Notes: generated by a model not told the origin, from the letters alone. A DNA stretch of 34,614 bases from Patescibacteria group bacterium (GCA_018819325.1 JAHJQJ010000021.1:1-34614), one strand, 5' to 3'; counted from the first letter of the stretch, positions 8,592-18,177 are shown. A program made the numbers and translations.

Positions 8592-9875
8592 TTACGGCAT
8601 GAGGGATTTGAAGAAGTCGGTGGCTTTTTTTGACATCTGTTTGAAAGGAAGTTTTTTTAAGAGGTTATCAATTTTAAAGCTGGTGGGTATGTGTGAGTCG
8701 CTGTGTTGATAACCATAAAGTATTAAACCTACGGCGGTGGCGTATTCTGGGGAGTCAATTTCTTCTGTTAGTCCAGAGAGTCCGGTGGGGCTGCCAAGGT
8801 GCGCAGGTAACTGCAGTACGCGCTTGCATGACTCAACCGCGCCGACGGTCAAGGATCCACCACCAGAAAGAACGATACCGGCTGGCATTTGACCGGCGTA
8901 ACCTGATTTTCTAATTACACCACCCACCAAAGTAAATATCTCGTTTAATCTTGGTCTAATAATACCTTCTGATACGGCCTTCTTAGATACGTTTTTAATT
9001 TCCTCTCTTACTCCGATCTTGGCTAGATTAATTTCGTCTGAATTACCAAGTTCTTTTTTTATTTTATTGGTGGTCGAGACGTGATGTTTTATTTTTTCGG
9101 CGCTGTCTAGACTTATCATTAGACCCAAGGCCAGATCGTCTGTGATTTTTCTGGCACCTAAAGGAATAACGCTGGAGTAACTACAGGCAGAGTCCACAAA
9201 AGCAGTAACGTTGGTGACGCCGGCCCCGATGTCAACACTAACAACCCCCAGTTCTTTTTCTGTGTCTGTAAGAGTAGACATGGCAGAAGCTAAGCCTGAA
9301 TAAACGGTATTTTGAACACTGACCCCGATTTCGTTAACGACTTTGGCTGTGTTTTTTACAGCTGTGGTTGAACTGGTGATTATGTGAGCCTCTGTTTCTA
9401 GCCTGATGCCAGACATGCCGACAGGATCCTTGATGCCTTTTTGGGAGTCCACACTGAATTCACGAGGTAGTACATGCATGATGTCACGGGAAGAAGGTAA
9501 AGAGACTGCTCTGGCAGCCTCTATGGCTCTATAGATGTCTTCTGGGCTGATCTCACCCTCTGGTTCGGTAACGGCTACCACCCCTTGACTGTTTTGAGAC
9601 TTGATATGGGAGCCGGAAATAGAGACTTGAGCAGAGCTGATGTTAAAACCGGCCATACGTTCGGCCGCCTCTACACAGTCGGTAACCGAACCAACAACTT
9701 CTTCTATGTTTACTATTGTTCCAGCGTTGTTTCTACTTCTACCCATTCCCCTACTGGGCAGAGTGGCCACACCAACCACGTTTATATTGTCCGAGTCAGA
9801 TGAGGGTTTGGTAATAAGACAAGTAATTTTGCTTGTGCCAATGTCTATTGCGTTTACTCCGGTGTTTTTACTCAT
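8592..9875 (-). CDS. ftsA: Cell division protein FtsA
   Basis: AIDIGTSKI, EAAERMAG, DPVGMSGIRLE, VDIGAGVT, IVLSGGGS, PEYATAVGL. Confidence 0.97.
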   Translation of the reverse strand: MSKNTGVNAIDIGTSKITCLITKPSSDSDNINVVGVATLPSRGMGRSRNNAGTIVNIEEVVGSVTDCVEAAERMAGFNISSAQVSISGSHIKSQNSQGVVAVTEPEGEISPEDIYRAIEAARAVSLPSSRDIMHVLPREFSVDSQKGIKDPVGMSGIRLETEAHIITSSTTAVKNTAKVVNEIGVSVQNTVYSGLASAMSTLTDTEKELGVVSVDIGAGVTNVTAFVDSACSYSSVIPLGARKITDDLALGLMISLDSAEKIKHHVSTTNKIKKELGNSDEINLAKIGVREEIKNVSKKAVSEGIIRPRLNEIFTLVGGVIRKSGYAGQMPAGIVLSGGGSLTVGAVESCKRVLQLPAHLGSPTGLSGLTEEIDSPEYATAVGLILYGYQHSDSHIPTSFKIDNLLKKLPFKQMSKKATDFFKSLMP

Positions 9876-9877
9876 AG

Positions 9878-10441
9878 TTATTGAATTATTGGATGGTTAA
9901 ATCTTAGGTCAATTGTTTTAATACCTTCTTTGATTTTAGCTATTGAAGGGATAGCTTGTAAAGTATCTGATAATTCTTCAGCCGAGAGACTTAAGGGAAT
10001 TATTATATTTGGCAAGTTAGAGCTTGCAAAATAAAAATTGTCTTCCAATAAGTAACCCTTTGTTACGGGCAGAGTGTAAACGATACTGGTAGTTAGTATA
10101 AAGATTTGTTCAAGCTTTTGCTGGGGTGGTTTTTGGGAGAATATTAAACTAATACTAGAGTCGTCTGTACCAGGAGCTATTTCCCCGTTGGGAAATAGGT
10201 CATACGGCTGAGCAGACACGGAGCTAGCAAAATCGTCTAGTTCGTTAATGGGTAAACCATTGGGTGATAGCGTGGGCTGGAGATAGCTTAAAAATACTGA
10301 AACGGCCAGTGGCCGGTCTTGCTTTGTGTCTATGGTAGGTTTTTGGCCCCAGTGAGACCTAGTGATTAGCTGACCAATAACAAAGATTAGGCTTAAAAAT
10401 ACGATAACCAAGACTAGTCGTTTACGCTTAAACCATTTCAT
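9878..10441 (-). CDS. ftsQ: Divergent FtsQ/DivIB-like protein
   Basis: Basic N-terminus plus a single TM helix, C-terminal IDLRF motif, and position between murG and ftsA. Confidence 0.6.
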   Translation of the reverse strand: MKWFKRKRLVLVIVFLSLIFVIGQLITRSHWGQKPTIDTKQDRPLAVSVFLSYLQPTLSPNGLPINELDDFASSVSAQPYDLFPNGEIAPGTDDSSISLIFSQKPPQQKLEQIFILTTSIVYTLPVTKGYLLEDNFYFASSNLPNIIIPLSLSAEELSDTLQAIPSIAKIKEGIKTIDLRFNHPIIQ

Positions 10442-11501
10442 TTATTATTGTCATTATTCTTTGGGTGGCATTGGTAATTACTGTGCCCGAAACTGGTTTA
10501 AGTTTTTTTGGAGACAGTTTTTTTATAGCGAGCATTAGAGCTTGAGGGTTTAAGTCCTTTTCTTTAAGAGTTAAGCTGGTGGTGCTAGTGGCGGCCAGTT
10601 TGGCGTTTAAAAATTGCTCATTGTGAGAGACCCAGGAAATGGGGATAAATATAACTCTTTTTCCCAAAAGACAAAGTTCGTAGGTGGTATGGGCTCCCGC
10701 TCGGCTAATAACCAGGTGGGCTGATCTTAGATAATCGGTGGCTTGATCGGCAAAAAAGTATGGGGCATGAATATAACGGTCTGAGTATTCACCCAGTGAT
10801 TTTTTTACCCTTCTGGCCTTGCTAATGTCTTTGGTTTTACTGTTGGAACCTGTTTGGTGAACTACGGTGTATTTTTTTACCAACTGTGGAATTAAAGGAA
10901 AAAGACTAGAGTTGATGACGTGTGAACCCTGCTTACCACAGGTTATATAAAGAAGCTTGGGTTTAAAATGGGTCACTGGAGTTTTTTCTAGAAGTTTTTT
11001 TCTAATAGGTAGACCAACCACGACTGTTTTTTTGCTGGGAAAATTTTTCTTGGAAGACTGATGGGTAAGCAAGATCTTTTTTACAAATGGAGACAAGGCT
11101 TTGTTAGCCCAACCGGCGGTGACGGTCTGTTCGTGGGTAATCGATGGAATACCAAGAATCCAACCGGTAATAACCACCGGCACGGATATAAAGCCACCGG
11201 ATGAGAAAATTAGTGAAGGCTTAAATTTTATTAGATAAGAAAACGACTGAATAAAGCCTAGAAAGATTTTTAAGTACTCTAGGGGGTTGCTTTGTTTATA
11301 GACCTTGCCTGTTTTGAGCTCTAGAAATTTAATATTGTTTTTGGTTATTTCTTTGAATTCTGCCGAGAGGCTTTTATCTTCCCTACTAGTAAATTTATGG
11401 CCTATCCAGATTACTTGATAGCCTTTCTTTCTGGCGGCCAGAGCTACTTCTAAGGTTGAGTTGTGGTGTCCGCCGGTAAATATAATGGTAAGTTTTTTCA
11501 T
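10428..11501 (-). CDS. murG: Lipid I N-acetylglucosamine transferase MurG
   Basis: IFTGGH, SSGGFISVP, HEQ, GLPIR, GKQGS, ISRAGAHT, EQFLNA. Confidence 0.93.
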   Translation of the reverse strand: MKKLTIIFTGGHHNSTLEVALAARKKGYQVIWIGHKFTSREDKSLSAEFKEITKNNIKFLELKTGKVYKQSNPLEYLKIFLGFIQSFSYLIKFKPSLIFSSGGFISVPVVITGWILGIPSITHEQTVTAGWANKALSPFVKKILLTHQSSKKNFPSKKTVVVGLPIRKKLLEKTPVTHFKPKLLYITCGKQGSHVINSSLFPLIPQLVKKYTVVHQTGSNSKTKDISKARRVKKSLGEYSDRYIHAPYFFADQATDYLRSAHLVISRAGAHTTYELCLLGKRVIFIPISWVSHNEQFLNAKLAATSTTSLTLKEKDLNPQALMLAIKKLSPKKLKPVSGTVITNATQRIMTIINEMV

Positions 11502-12565
11502 TTTGTTTTGGCTATGTTGGCTAAAATTCCTAATGAGATATAGGTGGTAATTAACGAAGAACCACCGTAAGAGATAAATGGTAGAGGCATGCCGGTTAAG
11601 GGGATCAGTGCTACCATAGCTCCTAGGTTAACAAAAACTTGGGTCAAGAGCAACAAAGTCAAGCCTGAAGCCAGTAAACGCCGGTAGTGATTGCTGGCCT
11701 TTTTGGCTATGTTAAAGGCAGATAGTATGAAGGCTGCGAATAAACCGATTAAGATTGTACCGCCTATGAAGCCCAGCTCTTCTCCTACTACAACAAAAAT
11801 CGAGTCGGTGGTAGATTCTGGCAGATAGGCGTATTTTTGCCTGGATTTACCCAATCCAACCCCGGAAAAACCGCCTGAACCTAAACCAAGTAGGACTTGG
11901 TTGATATGATACGAGGAGCCCAGGGGGTCTTGGGTTGGATCCATAAAGGTCTGTAAACGGCGAAGGCGGTATGGGGAAACGATGATTAGCAGTGCTATAA
12001 GGGAAGAAAGTAAAATAAAAAAGAAAGACATATCCTTAAGTTTGGCGCCTGATAAATAGTAAAGAGTGAAGGCTGAAGCGGTGATGACCACGGCCGTACC
12101 CAGGTCTGGCTGGAGCATGACCAAGGTCAGGCAAGATAGGGTAAGAAATAGGAATGCTTTTAAAGGCTTGGCTGTTTCTAACCACGAAGCTAGATAGATA
12201 ATAATTGAGAGTTTAAAAAATTCAGAAGGTTGCATGCCTACTAAGCCTAAACTTAACCATCTTCTGGCTCCTTGCAGTTTACTGCCAACCCCGGGGATTA
12301 AGACCAAGACCATAAGAATTAAGGAGGTAAAAAACACGGCCGGTGTGGCCTTTTTAATTAGATCTAGGCTAATATTTTGTATTATAAAAAATAGACTGAT
12401 TCCCAGTGCCAACCAGATAAGTTGGTTTTTAACAAAATGATATTTGTTGCCAAAATCGGTGTATCCTTCGATGGCTGAAGAATTATATATAGCGGTTAAA
12501 CCAATTATAGAAATACCTAAACCTAAAAGAAAAATCCGAGCAGAAAGGTTTTTACTTGTCTGCAT
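11498..12565 (-). CDS. ftsW: SEDS family protein FtsW
   Basis: GARRWL, QPSEFFK, LQPDLGTA, GLGKSRQKYAYLPESTTDSIF, PFISYGGSS; lies upstream of murG. Confidence 0.93.
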   Translation of the reverse strand: MQTSKNLSARIFLLGLGISIIGLTAIYNSSAIEGYTDFGNKYHFVKNQLIWLALGISLFFIIQNISLDLIKKATPAVFFTSLILMVLVLIPGVGSKLQGARRWLSLGLVGMQPSEFFKLSIIIYLASWLETAKPLKAFLFLTLSCLTLVMLQPDLGTAVVITASAFTLYYLSGAKLKDMSFFFILLSSLIALLIIVSPYRLRRLQTFMDPTQDPLGSSYHINQVLLGLGSGGFSGVGLGKSRQKYAYLPESTTDSIFVVVGEELGFIGGTILIGLFAAFILSAFNIAKKASNHYRRLLASGLTLLLLTQVFVNLGAMVALIPLTGMPLPFISYGGSSLITTYISLGILANIAKTK

Positions 12566-12782
12566 AATGGCCGATTACCGTGTCTAGTTTTCTTTCTATA
12601 TTGCCAAGGCCAACTTCGAAGTTGTCGAACCTACCTTCGAGATTGTCAATTTTTTCAGCATTCTTGTCGATCTTTCCGTCTAATCTTTCTAAGGCTGGCA
12701 TAATAACCTCGTGTATTCCTTCCAGAACTCCATTCATTATTTCGCCCTTGATCCATTTTTTATCCACCAACGTTAACGCCAT
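12552..12782 (-). CDS. Small coiled-coil hypothetical protein
   Basis: 76 aa with a heptad pattern (LERLDGKIDKNAEKIDNLEGRFDNFE..LGNIERKLD). Preceded by TGaTATATT, and overlaps the ftsW start. Confidence 0.6.
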   Translation of the reverse strand: MALTLVDKKWIKGEIMNGVLEGIHEVIMPALERLDGKIDKNAEKIDNLEGRFDNFEVGLGNIERKLDTVIGHYADK

Positions 12783-12810
12783 ATATTAAATATATCACAC
12801 CAATCAATAT

Positions 12811-13011
12811 CGTCATCCTGAACTCCCCCCCCCGTCATTCCTGCGTAGGCAGGAATCTATCCAAATGGATCCCCGCCTGCGCGGGGATGACGTTGGAGGA
12901 TGGATCCCGTACTAAATGCGGGATGACAGGGGGGTGTGAAATGATAGGGACGGTCCTTGTCATTCCGATTGGAGTCCCGACCCTGCGGTCGAGGACGGAA
13001 TAGAGGAATCC
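12811..13011. repeat. Mosaic palindrome cluster
   Basis: GTCATTCCTGCGTAGGCAGGAATCT, GGATCCCCGCCTGCGCGGGGATGAC, GGATCCCGTACTAAATGCGGGATGAC, TGATAGGGACGGTCCTTGTCA, and a long unit at 12959-13011. Confidence 0.9.
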
Positions 13012-13085
13012 CTTTCAACTGGAAATCATACAATAAAGTAGTTAGTTTGTTTACTGGTAGGCTGTACTTTTGAAAGGGGTTGAGC

Positions 13086-14111
13086 CTAGGAGAGGGCGAG
13101 CCAGAGGCCGACGACTACTAACATGATGTTGGTCAACCAGGCTCTTTGGACTATTTTTGGTTCTGACCAGCCTTTTTTTAGTAACCAATAATGAATTGGG
13201 GCAATAGGTAGAAGTCTTCTACCAAGAATCTTGACCCCCATTATTTGGATAACGCTGGAAAGACCGTTTATTAAAAATGGTAAACCAATAACCAAGAGGG
13301 CAAAGACCTTGCCGGTTAGAAGACCCACGGTAGCAAAGGTGGCCCCAAAAGCCAAGGCGCCAACGTCACCCATAAAGATACGGGCAGGAAAGACGTTGAA
13401 GTAGAGAAAAGCAATTAATCCACCCAACAATAGGGCAATAAAGATAGAAAGAGGTACGTCTAAAATGGATGCGGATAATAATAAAAGGCCAAATAAGGAG
13501 ATCATTAGTAGTCCACCGGCAAGGCCGTCCATGCCGTCGGTAATGTTAACAGAGTTGGCAAAAACTACCACCAAAAAAGCGGCTAGAGGAATGAACCAGT
13601 GGCCAAAAGCGACTACACCAAAAAAGGGAATGTTAATTATATCTATACCTAAGTTTATGTTGAGCAAGGTTCCTATTGTTAATCCTAGGACCACCTGGAT
13701 AATTAATTTATAGCTAGTGCGTAGGCCTGAGTAACCATGCTGTCTGTCTAGTTCAAAAAAACCAACCACGTCGTCGTATAAACCTAGTAAGCCAAAGGTG
13801 ATAAAAGTGAAAAAGATTACGTTTATTTCTTCGTTTAATGGATATACGTGGGTAATTTCTATGCCTGCAAGTTTAAGAAGAGGAATTGATAAAGCAAAAA
13901 GAAGACTGACTAAGACCAAAATGAGAAAACCACCACCCTCTGGTGTCTTGGCTTTTGAGCGGATATGTTCAGAAGCGGCGTCTTTTTTATCAGCTGCTAT
14001 GGCTGACTTTTTTTTGTAAAACTTTAATCTGTAAAGATAATTAATAAAAGGAACTATAGCCAGCGAATGAATGGTGAAGGAGAATATTAATATTCCTAGA
14101 AGAAGGGCCAT
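13086..14111 (-). CDS. mraY: Phospho-N-acetylmuramoyl-pentapeptide transferase
   Basis: KTPEGGG, GLYDD, NSVNITDGMDGLA, PARIFMGDVGALAFG, APIHY...GWSEPKIV. Confidence 0.93.
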   Translation of the reverse strand: MALLLGILIFSFTIHSLAIVPFINYLYRLKFYKKKSAIAADKKDAASEHIRSKAKTPEGGGFLILVLVSLLFALSIPLLKLAGIEITHVYPLNEEINVIFFTFITFGLLGLYDDVVGFFELDRQHGYSGLRTSYKLIIQVVLGLTIGTLLNINLGIDIINIPFFGVVAFGHWFIPLAAFLVVVFANSVNITDGMDGLAGGLLMISLFGLLLLSASILDVPLSIFIALLLGGLIAFLYFNVFPARIFMGDVGALAFGATFATVGLLTGKVFALLVIGLPFLINGLSSVIQIMGVKILGRRLLPIAPIHYWLLKKGWSEPKIVQRAWLTNIMLVVVGLWLALS

Positions 14112-14461
14112 AGGTATTTACCAAAAATAATAAAAGCAATTATGACGGAAGAAATGGCGGATAACAAAACCATGCCAGAGGAGACGTCTTTGGCGATTTT
14201 TGCTTGCTGGTGAAACTTGTCTGTTAGTAGGTCTACAACCGACTCTATGGATGTGTTTATCATTTCTGCTATTAAAACCAGAGAGATTGTAAAAACGATA
14301 ACTATTTTTTCTGCTTGAGAGATGTTTAGAATAAAGCTGGCGGTAAGAGCGATTAAGGCGGCTAGGGCGTGAATTTTGAAGTTGGGCTGGGTTTTGAATG
14401 TATAAATAATGCCGCTAAAGGCATTTTTAAAGGAAATGGTGTGTTTTTTTATGATGGACAC
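14096..14461 (-). CDS. dgkA: DgkA-family diacylglycerol/undecaprenol kinase
   Basis: SFKNAFSGI, NFKIH, EMINTSIESVVDL, AKIAKDVSSGMVL; GTG start. Confidence 0.92.
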   Translation of the reverse strand: MSIIKKHTISFKNAFSGIIYTFKTQPNFKIHALAALIALTASFILNISQAEKIVIVFTISLVLIAEMINTSIESVVDLLTDKFHQQAKIAKDVSSGMVLLSAISSVIIAFIIFGKYLWPFF

Positions 14462-14497
14462 AGGTTTATTTTACCACTCTTGCTATAATTTGAGACA
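14462..14497. promoter_or_regulatory. Back-to-back extended -10 elements for divergent dgkA and peptidase genes
   Basis: Minus strand TGgTAAAAT-6nt-GTG and plus strand TGcTATAAT-8nt-ATG, within a 36-bp gap. Confidence 0.6.
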
Positions 14498-15760
14498 ATG
14501 AGACTAAATCAACATTTGCTGGAACTACTTCAAGAAATTCAGGAAATTCCAAGTTCACCTTTTTTATCCAAACCTTCAAAAGAATATATCATCTCCCTTC
14601 TTACAAAATATAATGTCCCCTTTAGCTTTAATCACTATTCTATTATTGCCCGTCCCGTTCAAAATCCCGGGGCAACTAAGTTAGTTTTTCTTACCCATAC
14701 AGACCATCCTGGCGCCGTATTGAAAAATAATCGAATAGGTATTTTGTTTGGTTCGGTTGGACTGGGGAGGCTTGGAAAACAACTACCCATTCCCATGAAG
14801 GTGTTTTCCCCCCAGGGAAAGTACTTGGGCAAAGGCGAGATAACACACATTGAAAAGAGCCGGAAAATTGGAACCAAGATAGATTTTGACGTTCCTAAAA
14901 ATTCCTTTGCTCAGTATGATTTCCCCTACCTCAAGAATACTCCAACTCATATAAAGCTCTATAACGCAGATAACGGTATTGATACGGCAGTTATGTTGCA
15001 CCTTCTTAGTAAAAGAATTGAATCTGGGTTTGACCTTTACTTTGTTTTTAATTTCCATGAAGAAGTCCACCAAATAAGTGCTTGGCATTTATCCAGACAC
15101 AACCCTATTAATATTGGTTCTAGAGATATAGTTATTAATCTTGAGGCCCCAATTATTGAAAACCAAAAAAATAAGTTCTGCCCGCCGGTTAATTACGAAA
15201 ATGGACCAGTTCTTGAGTTAAGCAATCTTAATATGGTCCATGGTTATAAAAATCCAGGTAAAAATCTTGCAGAGGTTTTGCTTAAGACGACAGCTCACAG
15301 GTACAAACTTGACCTACAAATTGGTGCTACCAAAGGCTCGGATGAGGCCCGCGCGATCACCAATTTTGGTCTTACCCCCAATATTGTTACCCTGGCCATA
15401 CCCAACCGTTACAAGCACAACCGGGGTAGTGATGGTCAGGTTGTGCCAGAAGAAATTCTAAAAAAAGATGTTGTTATTTTTTCCAAACTATTGTCAAAGG
15501 CCATACTTTTTGACCCAAAAAAACTAAATAAAATAAGCACCAAGATGACTAACTTATCTTTGCAAATTAAGAAGAATGATTGCATTACAGATAAAGATGT
15601 CCAATTACAGAAGGCAAAACTAAATGACAGACTTGATGTTTATTACAAGGCCATTATTAAACGAGGGTACTACTTCCCCGAGTCACTTAAGGACAGCTTT
15701 CAAGATTTTGCTTTAAAATTACTCTTTTATTTCATGTTTCTAATACAGAAACTATATTAG
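14498..15760 (+). CDS. Zn-dependent metallohydrolase/peptidase (M42/M20/M28 clan-like)
   Basis: Metal-ligand-like motifs THTDHPG, ADNG, FHEE, NLE, GSDEA and IPNRYKHN. Confidence 0.7.
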   Translation: MRLNQHLLELLQEIQEIPSSPFLSKPSKEYIISLLTKYNVPFSFNHYSIIARPVQNPGATKLVFLTHTDHPGAVLKNNRIGILFGSVGLGRLGKQLPIPMKVFSPQGKYLGKGEITHIEKSRKIGTKIDFDVPKNSFAQYDFPYLKNTPTHIKLYNADNGIDTAVMLHLLSKRIESGFDLYFVFNFHEEVHQISAWHLSRHNPINIGSRDIVINLEAPIIENQKNKFCPPVNYENGPVLELSNLNMVHGYKNPGKNLAEVLLKTTAHRYKLDLQIGATKGSDEARAITNFGLTPNIVTLAIPNRYKHNRGSDGQVVPEEILKKDVVIFSKLLSKAILFDPKKLNKISTKMTNLSLQIKKNDCITDKDVQLQKAKLNDRLDVYYKAIIKRGYYFPESLKDSFQDFALKLLFYFMFLIQKLY

Positions 15761-15769
15761 ATTATAAAG

Positions 15770-15880
15770 TTAGAGGAGGAGTTGGTTGAGGATTTTGAAG
15801 TTAGGCTGGGTTTTGAAGGTGTAGATTATGCCACTAAAGGCATGCCTAAAAGAGATGGTGTGCTTTTTTATAATAGACAC
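15770..15880 (-). pseudogene. Chimeric remnant: dgkA 5' end fused in frame to the ftsI 3' end (36 aa)
   Basis: Translates MSIIKKHTISFRHAFSGIIYTFKTQPNFKILNQLLL*. The first 30 aa match DgkA with 2 differences. 15772-15799 is identical to ftsI 16196-16223. Confidence 0.88.
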
Positions 15881-15899
15881 AAGGTTATTTTAACACTTT

Positions 15900-16177
15900 A
15901 GATTCTGGACAAGCCCCCGCTGAGCGGGACTCTGGCAGAATGACAAGATTCCGATGGTTCGAACCATCGGAATAACGAGTTTCCCAACCATATCAGTTTC
16001 AAGGCTAACCCCCAGCCTCAACCCCGCGGGTTGAGCCTACTCGCGAATGCGAGTCTGAAACAAGTTCAGAGATTCTTCACTATCGTTCAGAATGACCCGA
16101 GGGGGATGGATCCCCGCCTGCGCGGGGATGACGGAGGGGGTGCGGGATGACAGTGAGAGTGGGACGGAGTAATGACA
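15900..16177. repeat. Mosaic palindrome cluster
   Basis: GTCAT-tagged units at 15900, 16070 and 16108, perfect palindrome TCCGATGGTTCGAACCATCGGA (15950-15971), and a GTAG-tagged palindrome on the minus strand (16013-16040). Confidence 0.9.
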
Positions 16178-16193
16178 AAGGAGAAATTGAAGG

Positions 16194-17906
16194 TCAGAGG
16201 AGGAGTTGGTTGAGGATTTTGAACCAGAGAGGGGCGGCGGTTTCTGAACCCCAAGGAGAGGCTGTGGGTTCGGTTAAGGTAACCAGCATGGTGTATTTGG
16301 GGTTGTAGGCTGGGAAGTAACCAATAAAGCTGGCGATTGTTTTGTTTTGATCGTATTTTCCGTCCACGGGGATCTGAGCGGTTCCTGTTTTGCCGGCTAT
16401 TGACAATCCTTGCGGTCTTTTCCAATTTAGCTTGCTTTGATTAACCACCTCCATTAACATTTGAGTTATTTGCTTAGTTGTATTTTCTTCTAATACTTTA
16501 CGTGAGGGGGGTTGGTCTTCTTTTTCAATTAAGGTGGGTTGAACAAGTAAACCTTTGTTAGCCAATGCGTTGAATGCTGTTAAAAGCTGAATTCTGGTTA
16601 TAGCAATTCCCTGGCCAAATGCGTTGGTGGCTAGGTCTATTTCTCTAAAACTGCTACCTGTTTTTAGTTTGCTGGTGACCTCTTCTTGAAGTTCTATGCC
16701 TGTTATGGCGTTAAAGCCAAAATTATCTAGGGTTTTTAAAAAATTTTCTGATCCAAGCTTTCTTGACACGTAGACCATACCTATATTGTCCGAGTTAACC
16801 AGAATATCTGTCATATTTGAGTCTGGGTGGTAGACCTCATCCCAGGTCTTGATGCTGAACTGGCCGATTTCAATAGGGCCTGTGCAAATGTCACAGGTTG
16901 AGTCCTGGTTAATTACCCCTTTTTCTAAAGCCGAGGCCATAATGATTGGTTTAAAAACCGAACCTGGTTCAAACAAACTGGCAACCACGGGGTTTTTGTA
17001 CCAATCTTTGTTGTAGTCTGGATAATTACCCAGATCATAATTGGGAAAACTGGCCATGACTCTAATTTTCCCGGTTGAGGTTTCCATTACGGTAACGGTT
17101 CCGGAGCGGGCACCGTAACGAGCCATGCCTTCTATAAGTAGGTTTTCTATTAGAAACTGCTTGGGTTTGTCTATAGTTAGTTTAAGTGAATCACCATTTT
17201 GGCTTTGTAATAACTGATAATTACCAATTAAAATTGGGTTGCCATAGGCGTCTTGCTCACCCCTTACCTTGCCAGAACGACCTTTTAGCTGACGATCAAA
17301 AAAGCCTTCGATACCAAAATAGCCTTGTTCTTGACCGGCAAGGTCTTTGCCAACAAAACCCAGAATATGGGCTGACAATGAACTTTCTGGATAGTAACGT
17401 AGATACTCTGGCTCAAAATCTAACCCCTCCAGCTCCTGATTGTCTATTAATTCTTTTTGTTCAGGAGTCAGATAGTGCTTTATTGAGATCCAGTTTGAAG
17501 ATAAAGTTACTCTTCCCGTAAGGAAGTCTTTTGTTTCTTGCAACATTTGCTCTGGGGTAATAATTTCAGCCCCCGGACTGGCTGGTGGAGGATCTTCAAC
17601 CAAGATTGGTGCTAACATGTCTACAATTTTTTCAGTTGAGTCTTTCATCTGCGGTTTGTAAATATATAAATGATAGAGGTTCTTAATACCGGCCAAAAGC
17701 TCACCATTGGTATCGTAAATATTTCCTCTACGGGCCTGTAAGACACTTACTGAACTATGTTGACGGCTGGCTTGTATGCTTAATTGTGGTCCCTTAATTA
17801 CTTGCCAGTAAAAAAGTCGAATTAGAATAGCAATAAACAATAGGGGGGAAAGGTTGGTGATTAGCTTAAGGCGAAAGCGGGTGAGCTTTTGATCATCATG
17901 GATCAT
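16194..17906 (-). CDS. ftsI: Class B penicillin-binding protein (FtsI/PBP3-like)
   Basis: RGNIYD, RYYP, GIEG.FD, EPGSVFK (SxxK), SDN (SxN) and GKTGTAQ (KTG). Confidence 0.92.
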   Translation of the reverse strand: MIHDDQKLTRFRLKLITNLSPLLFIAILIRLFYWQVIKGPQLSIQASRQHSSVSVLQARRGNIYDTNGELLAGIKNLYHLYIYKPQMKDSTEKIVDMLAPILVEDPPPASPGAEIITPEQMLQETKDFLTGRVTLSSNWISIKHYLTPEQKELIDNQELEGLDFEPEYLRYYPESSLSAHILGFVGKDLAGQEQGYFGIEGFFDRQLKGRSGKVRGEQDAYGNPILIGNYQLLQSQNGDSLKLTIDKPKQFLIENLLIEGMARYGARSGTVTVMETSTGKIRVMASFPNYDLGNYPDYNKDWYKNPVVASLFEPGSVFKPIIMASALEKGVINQDSTCDICTGPIEIGQFSIKTWDEVYHPDSNMTDILVNSDNIGMVYVSRKLGSENFLKTLDNFGFNAITGIELQEEVTSKLKTGSSFREIDLATNAFGQGIAITRIQLLTAFNALANKGLLVQPTLIEKEDQPPSRKVLEENTTKQITQMLMEVVNQSKLNWKRPQGLSIAGKTGTAQIPVDGKYDQNKTIASFIGYFPAYNPKYTMLVTLTEPTASPWGSETAAPLWFKILNQLLL

Positions 17907-18177
17907 AAGATAATAAGCTAGTGGTAGATACTAGACCAATCTCGCTTATCCGTTTATACCCTTGACCAATGGCAATTTCTTGGATGTATGAAAGCCTATT
18001 ATGTTTGTTTATTTCGCCCTCTAGCTCCTGATTGGTTTTTTCTAAAACCTGAGAGTGTTGATAAAGACCATTGATTTCCACACCCTGTGTGGCTAGGGCG
18101 TTGGTACAGAATAGATTGACAATAGCCATAATACCTATACAAAGATATAGTGCTAAGTTTATTTTTATTATATTCAT
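17896..18177 (-). CDS. ftsL: FtsL-like cell division protein
   Basis: Single TM followed by a coiled coil and IQEIAIGQGY; lies between rsmH and the PBP. ATGA overlap with rsmH supports start 18177. Confidence 0.65.
   Translation of the reverse strand: MNIIKINLALYLCIGIMAIVNLFCTNALATQGVEINGLYQHSQVLEKTNQELEGEINKHNRLSYIQEIAIGQGYKRISEIGLVSTTSLLSYDP

Noticed and set aside
8342-8633. ORFs 8342-8548 (-) and 8358-8633 (+)
   Set aside because: They run through the palindrome cluster and have no protein-like features.
16087-16425. 112-aa minus-strand ORF
   Set aside because: Out-of-frame overlap with ftsI plus repeat sequence.
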